Below the pieces are notes generated by a model. The model worked only from the letters and a program-made list of their open reading frames with translations, did no database searches and was not told the origin of the DNA. From contig NC_091480.1 in the NCBI RefSeq assembly GCF_036971445.1, positions 82,646,001-82,710,000 of the forward strand: 64,000 nucleotides of DNA, in the 5' to 3' direction. The position numbers and the translations under genes were made by a program. Below are positions 10,493 to 24,254 of the stretch, in pieces. The first letter of the stretch is position 1; every line of letters begins with the position of its first letter. The stretch is from Narcine bancroftii (taxonomy: Eukaryota).

Positions 10493-10809
10493 AAAATATC
10501 ATAATTTGATGAAGGGCTCTAGGCCGGAACATTGGTTATGTATCTTTATCTTTGACCCACTGAGATTTCCCACCATTGTGTTTTTACATGTATCACTGCT
10601 TATTTTTTTTGACCATCAGTAGTTACTTACCCTGCCAATATACACGTTATCGTGGATTATTTTTCACTATTGTACTGAAAGAATAAATATTTTGATTTGT
10701 AAAATATTTTTCTTTATTAAATGCATATTCATGAACTAGACATCGACATAACTCGTAAAGGAATTTTCTTTCTTAAAACACAATTCAGCTGCTAAGGTCT
10801 TCCATGCCA

Positions 10810-11745
10810 CATCATCAGATGTCTACCTTTAATCAACGTGCCTTCCCCTCTTCTGCCATCAACACGGCCCTCATCCGTAGATCCTCCGTCAGCCGCATAT
10901 CTGCCCGGTACTGCACGTGCAACAAGGACAGGGTTCCCTTCCGATCCACCAGCCTCCGTCTCCTACATATCCTCTTGCACCATTTCCACTACATGATCCC
11001 ACCGCCAGCCACATATTTCCCCTCTTCATTGTCCACAGGCACCCCCACCCAATCACCTCCTTAGCACCTACCCCTTTAACCGCAGGGGGTGATCCACTTG
11101 CACCCACACCTCTTCCTTCACAACCATTCATAGGCCCAAACAATCCTTCCAAGTGAAGCAACCGCTTTCCTGTGAATCTGCAGGGGTCATCTACTGCATC
11201 CAGTGCTCCTGTTGTCCTCTCTACATTGGAGAAACTGGACGCAGACTGGGAGTTTGCTCCCACTGTGCACCTTGGTTCTGTCTGGTGCAATAGTGTGGAT
11301 CTTCCAGTGATCACCCATTTCAATTCCCTGTCCCTTGCTGACATGTTTGCGTATGGTCTCATGCACTGCCAGACTGAGACCACCCGCAAATTGGAGAAAC
11401 ATTCCTCAATTTCCATCTGGGAACCCTCCAACCATATGGCATTATCATTGATCACCCTTTTCATCTTCTCTCCTGTCACCTTTCTGCTCGCTATCTCTCT
11501 TCCCTTTCCCTCGGTTTCAAAGCCAAAATCAATTCTCTCCTTTTATATCCAATTAACACCTTTTGTCTCAACTTTCTCCCCTCATGTTCTTCCCTCTTTC
11601 TCCTCCAGCTTTTAATTCAAACACCTATCTGTTTTCATTCATATCTTGATGAAGGCCTCACTCCTGAAACAATGGTTATAGATCTTATTCTTTGCAATGT
11701 ACACACACTGTTGGACCTGCTGATTTCTCCAGCATTGTTTTTCCT
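10810..11745 (+). mobile_element. Penelope-like element 3' part with terminal repeat
   Basis: GIY-YIG-like region (QVKQ..PVNLQG, LYIGE, HCQTETTRKLEKH). Terminal motif cttgatgaaggcctcactcctgaaac. Confidence 0.75.
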
Positions 11746-12929
11746 TTGGAAACAACATCAGCAGAACCAGGCATCAAACCCTGCTCCTCTCTGTGGACTT
11801 AAGGTATTAGAACAGGCTGGTTCTTTGGGTTGGAGTCAATGTTCCTTCATCTTTCCTCATTGCTTTTCAAGTGTTTATTGATTTAAAGTTGTGATAGTCC
11901 CTGCATCCATCCATTTAACTCCTGGATGAAAAATATTGTTCTCATATCCTCGCTAAATCTAAAGTCTATCTGCACCCTCTGCCATCTCCAGGTGTGTAAA
12001 TTGGAGATAGAACCAACCCCATTTATAACCCTCACCCTTGCTTCTTTACCAAGGGAGGGAGACAATCTCAGCTGCACAGTTAGCCTCTTGTCTGTCTCTA
12101 TGCCACAATTTAAAACGGAAACCATGAAGAGAATTGGTCAGTAGTTGAGTATGCACAGAATATGGCTGGAATATATATATACCGACCCCCACTTATACCT
12201 GATTGGAACCATACCTTATAAAGACAATGTTATTTGTTGCAGATGACTTGTACAAAAGGCCTCTCCTCTCCCTACTTGTTTTAGAATCTTATCACACTTG
12301 AGGGACCTTCAAAACCAACAGACCTCTCTTGGACAGTGGTATTGAACTTTAGATTTGAGTGTGTGTTATATAATCCAGATTTTAAAAAAAAAATTTCTGA
12401 TTACAATTTGCTTGGCAGTAACTTTGGAACAACAGTGATAGGGGAATAGGAAAAATTGCAGGAACTTTTTCATTAAACTTTAAGACAGAAGTATTTCAGT
12501 CGTAGAAACTGTTAGGGGTCTGGGGAAGGGAAATAAAGACAAAAGCAAGAAGTTGACCGTGAGCCACAAACGTTATTAATATATTCCAAAATATCATACA
12601 TATAGAAATAGCAAAGATAGACCGAAGACTCGGAGTTTTGGTTACAGAAAGAATACAAAAATAAATGAGCTGATTTAGCATTTTGCCACCCACTGGAAGA
12701 ATCAAGAGACTGTGGATAAATGTTTGTCTCTTCCTCATTCCTGTGCAGGGAGAACACAAGGTACAAAAATCACCCCAACAGCAGCTAATTGAAAGACTAG
12801 TTTCTTCCACTTAACTGTACAAAATCCCGTGACCACAAATGTTCAAGTTAGACAGGAAAATTAAAGTTGTGCCAGAGACACACAAATGCACCATCTCCTT
12901 TTAAATTCTGAGATTGGTTTTAATCTACC

Positions 12930-13850
12930 GTGGTTAAAAAAACCACCCAGAAATGCTGGAGTAACTCAGCCAGTCTCACAGCATCCATAGGAAGATGCAT
13001 TACTAATGTTTTGGTTCTGATCCCTTCTTCAAAGTGCCACAGGAAGGTGTCAAAATAAAGACTGAAGAATGGGAGGGGAAAGAGTCCAGACCAACAAAAC
13101 GTCAGAGAGGGAGAGGGAGTTAAAACAGAAACCAAAAAAGTCAATGCTAATACCATGTGGTTGGAAGGTGCTCAGACAGAAGAGGTTGTTGTTCCTCCAA
13201 TTTGCAAGTGGTTTCATTCTGGCAGTGCATGAGACCACAGACAAATGTGTCAGCAAGGGACTAGGATGGGGAACTGAAATGGGTGGCCTCTGGGAGGTCT
13301 ATGATATTGCAGCAAAGTGATCTCAGTCTGCTCCCAGACTCTCCAATATAAAGGAGACCACAACAGGAGCTCTGAATGCAGTAGATGACCCCCTACAGAT
13401 TTACAAATGAAATATTGCTTCACTTAGGACTATTTGTGACCCCAAATGCTGGAGAGGGGCAAGGTGTGGGTGCAAACTGAGCATCTTATGGCTAAGTGCC
13501 AAATGGAAAATGGGTGGGGAGGGAGGAGTAGAAGAGGAAGTCATGAAGGGTGCAGTCCAGGTAGAAGATGGAGAGGGGAATAAGTGTCTTGTTGTGATTT
13601 CATGTAGTAGGTAGCAGAAATGATGAAGGAGGATATGTTGTACATGGCGGCTGGTTGTGTGGACAAAGGGAATCCACTCATTCTTGTGCTTGGGGCAGAG
13701 GCGATCAGGGCAAATGTGCAGGTAATGGAAGATACAAGTGTGAGGGCAGAGTTGATGGTGGTAGTGGAAAAGCCATGTAGTTTTAAGGGGGACATCTCTG
13801 ATGACCTGGCATTGAAATCCTCCATGGGAACAGATGTGATGGAGGAATTG
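12930..13850 (-). mobile_element. Penelope-like element 3' part
   Basis: Reverse-complement homology to the other Penelope fragments. Confidence 0.7.
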
Positions 13851-16800
13851 AGAGAAATAAATGTTTAATCCACCAAGCTCAATTTCTGAGATGGTGATTT
13901 CTCAGGATATTTCTGTATTAAATTTGTAGATTCAATTTAATCTGCTTCAGAAATGGAGAATTGTTTAAACTGAACTCACAAAATATCTTTGAAAGGTAAC
14001 AAACAGATTGATTTCACTTGCTGTTTGGCCAACTCAGTTTATCCAAAGTAAACCACAGTGTGGAATTCAACTGAGACCCAATGAGTACATTGATTTTAAA
14101 AAAGTTATTGTAAGAGTCCAGTATATTTATTAAATGTGGTAAAAACAATGCTGGACTCAGCTGGTCCAACAGTGAACTTTATCTAGCAAGATAGATACAT
14201 AGCCAATGTTTCAGCCTTGAGCCCTTCATCAAGGTATACAAAATGTGTTCTCTTTATGGTGTCAGTTTGTTTTAATTTCTGCCTCCTTGTCAATAATAGC
14301 AAGTTCCCTGTAAAGTGAAATATCAACACCTCTTCTGTGACCCATGCAATTAACTGCAGTTAATTTTAAGAGGTTTGGGCTGTATCCGGTCCTCACCTTC
14401 TATCTCATCTGCATTCAAAGGATAATCCTTTAATTTCTGCCATGACGACATATTACCTTCCCCTTTAAGCAAGAACCCACTCCCTCGACTACCTGGTCTG
14501 TTCTTACACCCCTACCAGCCATTTTTCCATGCAATATCTGCCTTTTCACCTCCTCCTCCCCATCATCCTGGGATTAAAAATCTTTTCAGATGAAGTAATG
14601 ATTCACTTGCACTGCATTCAGTGTTCACAATGAAGTGTCCCCGACAGAGGAATCAAAAGGAGATTGAATGACTCCTTTAGTGCTCATATTCACCTCTGTC
14701 AGGGAAGCACAGTTCCAATGGAAGCTGCTTTAATTCATTATCCCCATTTCTGTGGAACATCTGTCGGTTACCACATGCAAATGAACAGCCATGTTTCCTC
14801 CAAAACCACAGTAGATCTGTCAGATTTAATAATTATGAAGTACTTTAGAATATCCCGAAATGATGAAAAATGATTTATAATCAATTAGGTACAAGGACAA
14901 AGGCTTCATTTTACCAAAAAAAAATTGTTACTGGAACTTTATACAAATAAATTGATTCATATGCTCTGCACAAAATCTTATCCCAATTTCCTGCCCAGAT
15001 TCTACACCAACCTTTTATTTACCCGTCCAAAAAAATGGTAGCCCTGTCCTGGTGCAGAACCGTAGAGCCAAGACACAGCACTGCTCCGAAAGGTTCAACC
15101 CGATTCTAATGCTGGCAGCTCCCAAGTGCATTATAGTCCATTAGAGGAGCCAACATGAGCTTAAACTTAAATCTTGCGACCTCTAGGTCTACGCCCACGA
15201 TAGCTGGGCCTGCGCTTGGCAACAGCCATGAGGGGGGGGGGGGAGTCACTGACAAGAGAACACTCTCCCTCGCCCCCCCCCCCCCCAAATGAGAAGTATG
15301 GGAGATGACCCCACAGGTCAGCAACCGCAGCAGCAGATCAGCAAGGGGCTCAGTGGCTGAGGGATCCACACATGCTGTGTGCGACTTATGGGTGGGGGGT
15401 GGGGAAGCTGCCTGCGTTGCAGGCTGCTGGAGGCTGGATCATGAAAGGCTTTGGGGGCTGAAGGCTTTTTGATCATGGAGGTTTGGAGCTCTGTTTGTTA
15501 ATGAATCAAACAGCAGTCTGTGCCAGGCCTCTCTAATGGCGACTGTCTGCCTTATGGCAGCCTGAAAGTAATTTTATGTAATACAGTATTACGCATTCTG
15601 TATCATTACATGGCAATAAAGGAATCATGAATCTTTAATCACCATATTGCACCAAGACATTTTGTTACCTGAAATCATTGCAGCCATACAGTCTTAGCAA
15701 CTTCATGGATTGTTTTATGGATGTGAGGGACTTGGCTTCATTCCATTCCCATGGACTTGTAATAAGTAGCAAAACCAAGAATGTCTTGGTTTTAAAGATC
15801 TTCACCATCTAGTGTAGACATCTTATCCAGATTTGTGGTCTGATTAAGCCACCAAGGACATTTCATCAAAAGTGAAACAGAGGGGAGGGAAAAAGGTATT
15901 TAATTTTTAATTTAGATATAGTACAGGTCCTTCTGGACCACAAGCTTATGCTTGCACCCATGTTACCCATGTTACCAACCTACTAATCCCATGTCTTTCA
16001 AACTTGTTTTCAGTGCAGAAAGGGGGAGGGATGGTGAAAGGGCGTGGACCAAAGTTATGAAGGTTACATTTAAAAAATGAACAGATATAGAAAATAGCAA
16101 CATTTATGAAGAAAAAAATGAGCAATTACCTGAAATAGGCAAAATTACAAATTCAGAGGATTACTTCATAACCAGACTTCAGTTCCTTAGACTTACACTA
16201 GTCATCAATGGATTATTGTAGTAGGGAGGGAGGTTTAGTTGGGATAGGTGTTGGAGCCAGTGGGATTATGACCCAATGTCAGCAATTTTTCTGATGTTAA
16301 GGGGAGAGTGAAAGCGAGAGATTTGTGCAAACTGATAAAGAGTGAGATTTGCAAAAGTCAAGGCTGCATTTAATTAAAGATATCAACTCCTCTCTTTGTT
16401 GTTAAACTTTAAAAGGTACCTACATTACAATTTAAAAGATACCAGTACCTATCGAGCAAAAACATGTTCAATGTCAAGAAAAATGGGGAGAGGAAATTTC
16501 TCATTTCAGATCGATAAAGCAAAGACTGGGGAGCTCAAATCATTTTAAAGACGAGTTAGATACCCTCAGTCACCATCCCAACATCCAGCATTTCAAAAAA
16601 AATCAGACAAATTCTTCATTTAATGGGCATTTATGCCATAATTACCACATTAATATGGGTCAAAATATATAAAATGTAATATTGCTTTTTTTTTCACATT
16701 ACACAAAAATATTCATGCCAGTATAAATCTCCAATAAGTTGGAAAGACACATCATTCCTAATATTTAGTTAAAGCATTGAAAACTGCTGGGGATGAGAAC

Positions 16801-16859
16801 AAGGGTATTTATGACCGGGGCTCGGGATCTTTACCAGAATGTCATCTCTGAAGTAAATT

Positions 16860-17930
16860 GGCAATTCCAGAGGAAGCCAGAGGCAGAGACATGCCAGCTA
16901 TGGCAGGGAGTGCAGGGCAAACACTATTAGATGGCTGTGATGCTTCATTACCCAATGAGCTGAACACCTATTCCCACTGTAAGAACCAAACAGTGCCTAC
17001 TAGAATCCCTGAAAAGGCTGAACACCCTGCGATATCTGTCTCTGAGAGACATGTCAGAACAGCATTCAAGAGGATGAACCTGGCAGGGTACTGATAATCT
17101 GCACGAACCAACTAGCCGGAGCATTCATGGACATTTTCAACCTCTCATTGCTGCAGCCAGAGGTTCTCACCTGCTTCAAAAGGGCATCAATCACCCTGGT
17201 ATCCAAAAGAGTTGTGTGAGCTGCCTCAATGACTACTCCCCAGTAGCACTAGCTCCTACTGGGATGAAATACTTTGATCATGGCCAGAATTAACACATAC
17301 CCAAAGGTCCAGACCTTCTGCAATTCACCTATTATCACAATTGCTCTACAGCAGATGCAATATCACTGACTCTCCATCAGCTCTGGATACCTCTTAAACA
17401 GCAATTCATACATACGGCTGCACTTTATTGACTACAGCTCAGCCTTCAATGCCATTATTCCCTCAGGGCTTGTCAAACAGCTACAAACTCAAGGTTTCTG
17501 CACCCTTGTCTGCAACTGGATCCTTGACTTTCTCATCGGAAGACCAGTCGGTATTAATTGGAAACGGCTCCTCACTGATTATCAACACAGGTGCACCCTT
17601 CTAAACACCCATGACTATGTGACCATGGAATGTTATCTACAAGTTTGCCGATGACACCACAGTTATCGGCAGAATCACAAATGGAAATGAAGCATAGAGG
17701 AGGGAGATGGATCAGCTCGTTGAATGGTGTAATGACAACAATCTTGTGCTCAATGTCAGCAAAACCAAGGTGATGCTTGTGGACTTCAGGAGGAAGTCAG
17801 GGGGAATATGATCCAGTCCTCATCGAAGGCTCAGTAGTGGAGAGGGACAAGAACTTCAAATTCCTTTGTGTCAACATCTTGGAGCCTCCATGTTAATGCA
17901 AACACAGAGAAGGCTCGCCAGCAGCTATAA
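16860..17930 (+). mobile_element. Rex1/Babar-like LINE RT fragment
   Basis: Decayed motifs FMDIFNLSL, CLNDY.PVAL, FIDYSSAFN, CNWILDFL, KFADDTT, LNVSKTK..VDFR. Confidence 0.8.
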
Positions 17931-18539
17931 TTTAGGCACTGCAGAAATATTGTTACTATTTGATCTCACAGAAGATGGATTCAGTCAAGACAGAGTATAC
18001 AGGATCCTCAAATTTGACTGGCCTGAAACTCAGTACCATCTTGGTCATAAGATGCAAGCCATGATCCTCCTTAGTGGAGCCATGGGACAAATTCCAGTTA
18101 GAGGAGACTGCTGCAGACAATCATTTGCATTCTTTTTGATCCTTAGTACAATACTTCATCCTGCCTGCACCTGAGATCTGGACTTATTTACTTGTGATGC
18201 TTTCATGCATTCTTCCAAAATGACATTTTTCTTAAATTGTCAAGTCGTTTGACTTTATTCCCAAAACATTTTTGCAAATGATCAAAGGCTAATCTACCTT
18301 GAAACCTTTCCAGAAATTTTACCATCTTTTATGCATTTAACAACAGTTTCTTGCCGAATATTCCCAATTTCTGACAATTTTACAAGCCTTTTTGATTTAA
18401 TAAAATTGTGTTTACCATTGCCAGACTACTTTTCTGATGTATCAACTTGAAGACCCATCGAGTCTGCCCGCCATAAGCTGATCCATTTTCCCACAGCCCT
18501 ATTGTCTGGCCTTCTCTCCATAACCTTTGATGTCCTGGC

Positions 18540-18940
18540 TAAGCAAGAATCTTAAATACACCTGGCTTCCACAAAGGCTTGTGGCGACAAATTCCACAGA
18601 TTCACTAGCTGAAGAAATTCCTACACATCTGTTCCAAGTGGACACCCTTCAATTCTGAAGTTGTACCCTCTTGTCCCAAACTCTCCACCATGGGAAACAA
18701 CCTTCCTAGATCTACTCTATCCATACCTTTCAACATTTGAAAGGTTTCAATGAGATTCCCCCTCAGTCTCCTGAATATCAACAAATACAAGCCAAGAGCT
18801 GTCAAAAGCTCCTCATGTGATAACCCTTTCATTCCTGGTAATAGTCCTAGTGTACCTCCTTTGAACCCTCTGCAAAGTCAGCACATCTTTTCTTAAGCAG
18901 GAACTCAAAAATGCTCACAATATTCCAATTGAGGTCTCCA
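18540..18940 (-). mobile_element. CR1-like LINE 3' fragment
   Basis: MKGLSHEELLTALGLY..FRRLRGNLIETFQMLKGMDRVD. Confidence 0.8.
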
Positions 18941-19491
18941 TGTGATATTTGTATACTTTCAAGTTTTAAAAAATTAGATTAGGACACTGGTAGTTTCTCA
19001 GTCTACCATAGTAACACTGTTTCAAACTTTCAAGTAAATTATGCAAACATGCTGGAGACACTCAGCAGGTCACACAGCATGCATGGGAAGTGAAGGGTAA
19101 CCAACATTTCAGGCCCGGGCCCTTCATCAGGCATCTTTCTGCATTGCGTATTTTATTTCAGACTCTGGTCCTTTCCCATTTTTATACAAAATAAAAAAAA
19201 ACATTTTAGATTGGACAATTGCAAGATAGTTGAACCTATTGAATTGCTGCTTTGACCCCTAAAGGAATTGAAAGCATTAAATGGCAAATAGTTCAATCTT
19301 ATAAAAATGTTGGGGTGTGTTCTAATAGAGATCAATGTTCTCTGAACATTTAAAGAACCAAGGCCTTATTCAGGAAACCACAGCACCTTACTTCAAACTG
19401 GAGTGGTTTTGTTCATTACAAGTACATAATGTTCGTAAAAGGAAAGTAGATACAGCATTTTTTTTTTTTTTTTTTTAAAAAAAGTTGATAG

Positions 19492-19497
19492 TTTATT
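19492..19497 (-). terminator. Candidate RAB5C polyadenylation signal
   Basis: AATAAA on the minus strand, at the end of ~1.4 kb of repeat-free sequence after the stop codon. Confidence 0.45.
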
Positions 19498-20925
19498 AAA
19501 AGTAATTAGCATTCCTCTTTGGGGTACTAAACCACTAGTGCCTGGCTATCAAAGTGTGCCTCCGTTCCAGAACATTAAAGGACGATACAGTGGCATGTAC
19601 AAAGCCACACTGGATACCAATCGGATACAATCATTTGGAAACTACGTACTGAGATTGTGGTGCAATTATTACAAATGCTCTGAGTAACAGGTCAAGCTCC
19701 CAACCCTTTTGTATTCAGCACAAAATATCCTAACACTAGGATTGCAGAAGCTAGTGAAAACAAACTTATTCACTGCTGCAGGACATTGGGTTTCATCATC
19801 ACCACCTGTTTGAAGAACAATTTTCCAAAGTTTTGACATTTGAAATCCTTGTCACATTAGCCTGTTCCAAACTGACTGACAGCAATATCTAAAGATGCCA
19901 TTAACACTTCCAGTGTGCAATACTACATTTGAAGCAGACTTTGAAACAAATTCTTATTAGTTTCACTGTTGTAAAGTTAATACTTCCAGACATAAATGAC
20001 ATGGTTAGTTAACGGTTATCTCTTGTATTGCATTTCCAATGGAGTTGATAATTGTTACATTTCCTTATTATAGAACAAATACAAACTGGAGTTCATTCAT
20101 ACCTCCCTCTAGTTTTATTTGTCAAATTACAGATTTTTGTATTACAGACTGGCATCTCTCACACAGACAAACTTGCTCTTTCACTGCCAACAGTCACAGC
20201 AACACCTCATAATCTGAGCACTGTGTAAGAATGCAATTGCTGACATTAGGGACAACACATCACCTCCATGGACACTGAAAAATTTACAGATTGCAGAAAT
20301 TTGAACAGAAATGTGCATAACATTAGAAACCAAAAAACTCCATGCTTTCCAAACACAAGGATGAAGAACAAAGCAGCTATAGTGGAAGGTACTGAATGGA
20401 CAATGGTTTACCGATTGAAAACAAAGAAAACTGACATTACAAATAGAGATCCTTTTCAAAATTCATAATTGCGATTTGGTCAAAACCACGAGCATTTAAC
20501 CGCTGATTCCCGTATTAAATTAATTTGTTAACATTAATTGGAGGAGTTGTGTACTAAGTAGTTCTTTAGGCAGATTTTCACAAAAAGACATCTAATCTAT
20601 TTTTTTTTAAATTTTCGCTCTCCATATATTTATACAAGATTGTAGAGTCTGAAAATGAAGTAATGACCCAGGTAAAGTTGCCTCAAAGTAACTGGTGCAT
20701 GCATCCGCCACTGGAATTAGAAGGGAAGGGCAAAAGGTTGATATTAAAAGTGATTTAAGACTTAATTTTTGATTTCATGTGGAAAACGCGTTGGTGGATT
20801 TCCTCCTGGGTGACTGGAGCGGTGTGAAGAATCAGTGCAGCGATTTGCGGCTGCTCTTGCGGTAAGTGCGAGTGGTAAAGGGGAATTCCGGTCGGGCTTT
20901 CTGAGGAGACCTGCCAGTTACCAGT

Positions 20926-21041
20926 TTAATTACTGCAGCACTGGCTTCGACTCTGCGGACTGGTCTCCTGGAGGTCCACACCCCTGGTTCGGCCTGAAGT
21001 TCCACCTGCATTCTGAGGCTCATTTTTCGGCAGCTTTTTGG
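20926..21041 (-). CDS. RAB5C: RAB5C coding exon 5 of 5 (116 nt including stop)
   Basis: (A)[37 protein letters not shown] with the CCSN prenylation motif. Acceptor ttccag. Confidence 0.97.
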
Positions 21042-21973
21042 CTGGAATAAAAGGTTCAATGAAAACAGTTGTTGCAACACATTTAGTTTTGTATAATCTA
21101 TTGAGAAATTGTTGATCCAAATGTCAAAGGTATTATTTATTGAGCAGTATTATTCCTACCCATGTGGGAGTTTAAAAAAAAAATCAAGAAACAAAGACCA
21201 CATTTTAGATTAATGGCCATGCATCTTTTCTGCTTTGTCCTTGAGACAGGAAACATCTTTGGAAACACATATATTCTGGAGAGTTCCTCCTGTGTTGTGT
21301 CTACCAGTCTCAGTACATTTATATACTGTCTGCAGACCTCCAGATAATTTTTGTCTGGAGACAGGTTTTAATAAAAACTGCAGATGTTGGAATCTGAAAT
21401 AAAAATAGAAAATGCTGGAAATACTTTGCAGATGAGACAGCGCCATGGAAAGAGAAGAGCCTTTATCTGAACCTCATCCTGAAATATTAACTGATTCTTT
21501 CCACGGATGCTGCCTGGCCCGCTGAATTTTCTAGCAGTTTCTGAATTTATTAGAAATGCAATGTGCAGATAGCCATAAGGTGCATTAAAATCAGATGGTG
21601 GTTGGAGAGATTTCCTTCAAGGCTTCCACATAGTTATGATTTTTTTTCCATCAACAGGAAAATATCCAGTGCAAATAAAGCATGTTAATAGCCCAATTAT
21701 TTTCTCCACAGGTTACATTAGCTGGATAGTTCCCAACTCGCTTCTACTAGCTTAGCATCGATACACAAAGACAGTGTCCCATCCCATATTAGATGAGCTT
21801 TTAGCTCATTTAAAAGGAGCAATCCAGCAAACCTGTGCCATCAGTAAGGGCAAAGATGCAAACCAAAATGATTTCTCAAATTCAAACACAATTTGAAAGC
21901 TGTTGACTTCAGAAGGAACTCAAGTGACATGAGACAAGAAAATATATTTAAGAGAATCAAGAAAAATACTTAC

Positions 21974-22067
21974 CTATGGCCATAAATATTTCATTCACAT
22001 TCATTGCCGTCTTTGCTGATGTCTCCATGAACAGCAAGCTGTTGTCTTCTGCATATGCTTGTGCTTC
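21974..22067 (-). CDS. RAB5C: RAB5C coding exon 4 of 5 (94 nt)
   Basis: [31 protein letters not shown] (G5 motif ETSAK). Boundaries cag / gtaagt. Confidence 0.97.
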
Positions 22068-22248
22068 CTGCAAGAGAAAATAAGTTCAATTCTAAAACAA
22101 AGCCCAAGCATTTGAGGTCTACACTTCTGAAATGCAAACACAAATGTGCAAGAACATTTTCTGAGATGTTTGAATGAATTTTTGACGAGGTTGGAAATGG
22201 GTAGTGGCAACCAATGAAATACATGGATGCAATTTTATCCCGACTTAC

Positions 22249-22371
22249 CTGAAATTCCACGGTTCTTTTATTTGCAAGGTCAGCTTTGTTCCCAGCTAAT
22301 GCAATCACTATATTTGGACTGGCCTGTCGCTGCAGTTCCTTTACCCAGTTCTTAGCTCGTGCAAATGTGTC
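22249..22371 (-). CDS. RAB5C: RAB5C coding exon 3 of 5 (123 nt)
   Basis: [41 protein letters not shown] (G4 motif NKAD). Boundaries aag / gtaagt. Confidence 0.97.
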
Positions 22372-24254
22372 CTTCAAAAATTAAACATTAAATTAACTTA
22401 CATAGCAAGTGGAACAATGTGGTTAAGTTAAGATGATTGGCCAAATGTCTTAAACTTATCCATAAGTGATGTAGTCTTTCAATTTCCATTGCAGAGTTAT
22501 GTTAACTGTTTCACACTTGACATTCAAAGTACAACTGGGCAACTAAATCTAGTTCAGGCACATAAAAATGAATTTGGGAAAACTGTTACATACACAAAGT
22601 AAATTCACACCAATATTCCAAATTTTGAGAAAGTTTGACTGCAGAAGTGAGCAACCAAGGTCAGCTACAAAAGCTACAAGATCAGTTATGACTAATCTCA
22701 ACAAAATTGCTGCAAGTCAAATGCACCAAATCTTTTGCCTGTGTGAAATGATTGGGTGGGGGGAGGGGGTAGCAGTCAAAACCAGATCTAAATCAATACT
22801 GGCCTTAATTCAGCCTAGTACTTCAGCCACATGTGTAAAGGCTTTATCAAGCAAGAAAATAATGATTTTTTTTGGGTGGGGGCTTCTTTTCTTTTTTCTT
22901 TCTATTGATTTTAAAACTTGTAAAAGCCATGTATGACAGATTGTGAATGAATGTAATGCAACTGATTATATGGGATTTATAAATAAAATAAAAACAACAA
23001 TGAATCTTTGAAGTTAATTTTTCAAGTACAGAATATTCTAATGCCTTCTGTTACTTGTAATCAGGAGGAAATGAAAGCAGTTCTTGCTTATTTGACAAAA
23101 GCTCCAAATAAAGGCAAGGTTTTTCCTTAGTAAATTAGATTTAGTTGACGCACAGCTTGTGATTAAAACCACTGCAATTAGTTCAGTGAATTTGAAGGGA
23201 AACCAAGTTCTCCAAGTTACACTTTCATAAATCATTTAATACGATTTTCAGTATTGGCTGTTTGTATTTATAACAATTGCCTTTTGTTGACAAGTTGTTA
23301 ATTTCACATTCAGTCAATGTGGTGCAAGTCTGCAGCTTTAACCCATGCCAGAATTTGGAAGGCTCTTCATATTCTACTGTGCAATGGCACATGACCGAAT
23401 GCCCAAGCAATAAGACTTCATTCATGATTTACTATAGCTTCTGCCTCAGTTCCAAAATAGGTTCAATTCTGTCAGCTAGTGTTATGTGGAGCTTGCATGT
23501 TCTCCATGTAGGTTTCCTCAGGTGTTCCAGTTTCTCCCCCCCCATCCCAAAGTGGCAATTTGGTCAGTTAATTGACTATTGTGAATTGCCTCTAGTGACT
23601 ATGTGAGGGGTAGAAACTAGGGGTTATCCAAAAGTGACATGGGGAGAACAATGTGGGCTAGGGCAGGATTAGTACAGCAATAAGGTAGAGTAAATGTGCT
23701 GGAATAGAATTTTATGGAACTGCTAGGCCTAGTAATGGCAAGGCTAGGGTCAATGACTTCATGTGCAGAGGCCAGGGAAATAATCATGTGAGATACACTA
23801 CACTCAAAATCACCAATGCCTGAAGAGGGCGCACAAAATCAGTGAACCGGTGCGGACTCGAAAGGCCAACATGGCCTGTTTCCGCTCTGTAAATGGTTAT
23901 GTGGTTAATGAGTCCATTAAGCAGGCAAAAATTATTCAAATGTGCCCACCACATTTGAATTTGAGATTCAGACACCAGCATCAATTTATCAGTTCTTTGT
24001 TTCATACTCTGGGTGGGTGGGACTGCATACGGCTCTAAGAGGCAATACAAAGAACTTTCTACGATGAAAACCTTGATGCATGGAAACAGTGGTGACAGCC
24101 ATGTTAAAAAAGGAAGAGAGCACCATTAGTGAAGATAGTTTTAGCATGTCTACCTGGGGAGGTTCAGTCCCCATCTCAGTAAAGTCATGGCTGCTGTTGA
24201 CGCTCAGAAAGAGATGGGAAGGAAATACAAAACAAAGAAACGGGTATCACTTAC

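Noticed and set aside
15225-15290. Long G/C homopolymers (also ~795, 26850, 27085, 27990, 33180-33215, 43375) as G-quadruplex regulators
   Set aside because: Most sit within repeat remnants and homopolymer lengths are error-prone. Nothing supports a function.
19458-19497. Minus-strand AATAAA followed by a long A-run, as in a processed pseudogene
   Set aside because: The upstream gene has introns and no TSD is visible. It is a genomic A-tract that may cause oligo-dT internal priming.
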